A DNA stretch of 63,009 nt, counting the filler, from Octopus bimaculoides (taxonomy: Eukaryota), in the NCBI RefSeq assembly GCF_001194135.2. It is 6 parts of 6 records of this genome, joined end to end, with 100 filler letters (N's around TTAATTAATTAA, not from the genome) between each part and the next. Parts side by side here need not be neighbours in the genome. Positions count along the whole stretch, not along the records: positions 60,678 to 63,009 come from NW_026296002.1; 5 more parts are not named here. One strand, given 5' to 3'. How positions within the stretch are numbered: position 1 is the stretch's first letter; every line of letters begins with the position of its first letter. Both the position numbers and the translations under genes were made by a program. Of the stretch, positions 62,424 to 63,009 are shown piece after piece. The notes below the pieces were generated by a model. It was not told the origin of the DNA. It did no database searches and saw nothing but the letters and a program-made list of their open reading frames with translations.

Positions 62424-63009
62424 ATATATAATCTTACTGATTACGCATAAATGTCAGTAATCTTTATTTGTGAAAATATCCAGCTGAACTTTGTACACAC
62501 ACCTACACACACACACACACACGGTTACATGGCCATACACACACACACATGCACATACACGGTCATAGACGCATAGGCATACACACACACACGCACATAC
62601 GCACGTGGTCACTCATATACACACACGGTCACACATAGGTGTGATTTGATTGTGAACATAAAGTCGAGCGGATATATAAACGATGTGTGTGTGTGTGTGT
62701 GTGTGTGACATCCAGTGCGCATGTGTGTGTGTGTGTGCGCGCGCGCGTGTGTGTGTGTATGTGTGTTTGAGACATCCAATGCGCATGCTCAGTTGTTATA
62801 CGAAGTGTAACGCTGGGTCCGGCCCCAGAAAATATTTGCGTGTGAATTTCACTGCCTGGGCCATGCGCGTGTGTAAGACACACGCGTGCGCCTGTGCATG
62901 CGCACTTAACGCGAACGTGGGTGGGTGGGTGTGCGAGTGTATATGTGCACGTATGTATGTATGTATGTATGTGGGTGCGCGTGCGTGCGCTTGCTTTTGT
63001 CGTGATTGT

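Overview
AT-rich, microsatellite- and SINE-dense animal genomic DNA. The repeat repertoire looks like an octopus/coleoid cephalopod genome; this is an inference from recognising the repeats, not a database result. Five identical 100-bp artificial spacers (44N-TTAATTAATTAA-44N) split the window into six separately assembled pieces: 1-17314, 17415-24911, 25012-49322, 49423-57374, 57475-60577 and 60678-63009. The only host-gene coding sequence I can support is two + strand exons (7369-7497, 10779-10858) encoding most of RRM2 of a CELF3-6 / bruno-3 / unc-75 type RNA-binding protein. I could not find the flanking exons in the window. The rest is intronic or intergenic: several tRNA-derived SINE families, RTE-like 3' tails, CR1 and L1/Tx1 LINE relics, a stop-free Penelope-like RT fragment that the ORF track misses, mariner and maT (DD37D) transposase relics, Tc1/pogo and TTAA-type MITEs, a Helentron-associated (HINE-like) element and many microsatellites. 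The most interesting signals are: minimal hammerhead-ribozyme-like motifs in Penelope-type termini, a head-to-tail SINE array nested in its own (ATT)n tails, dsRNA-forming structures around the CELF exons, a candidate cryptic exon, a homotypic CRE cluster, and a sharp CpG-decay contrast between the CELF piece and the other pieces. Nearly all ORFs in the supplied track are microsatellite or N-gap artefacts. Repeat boundaries are approximate (roughly +/-10-20 bp) unless termini are stated.
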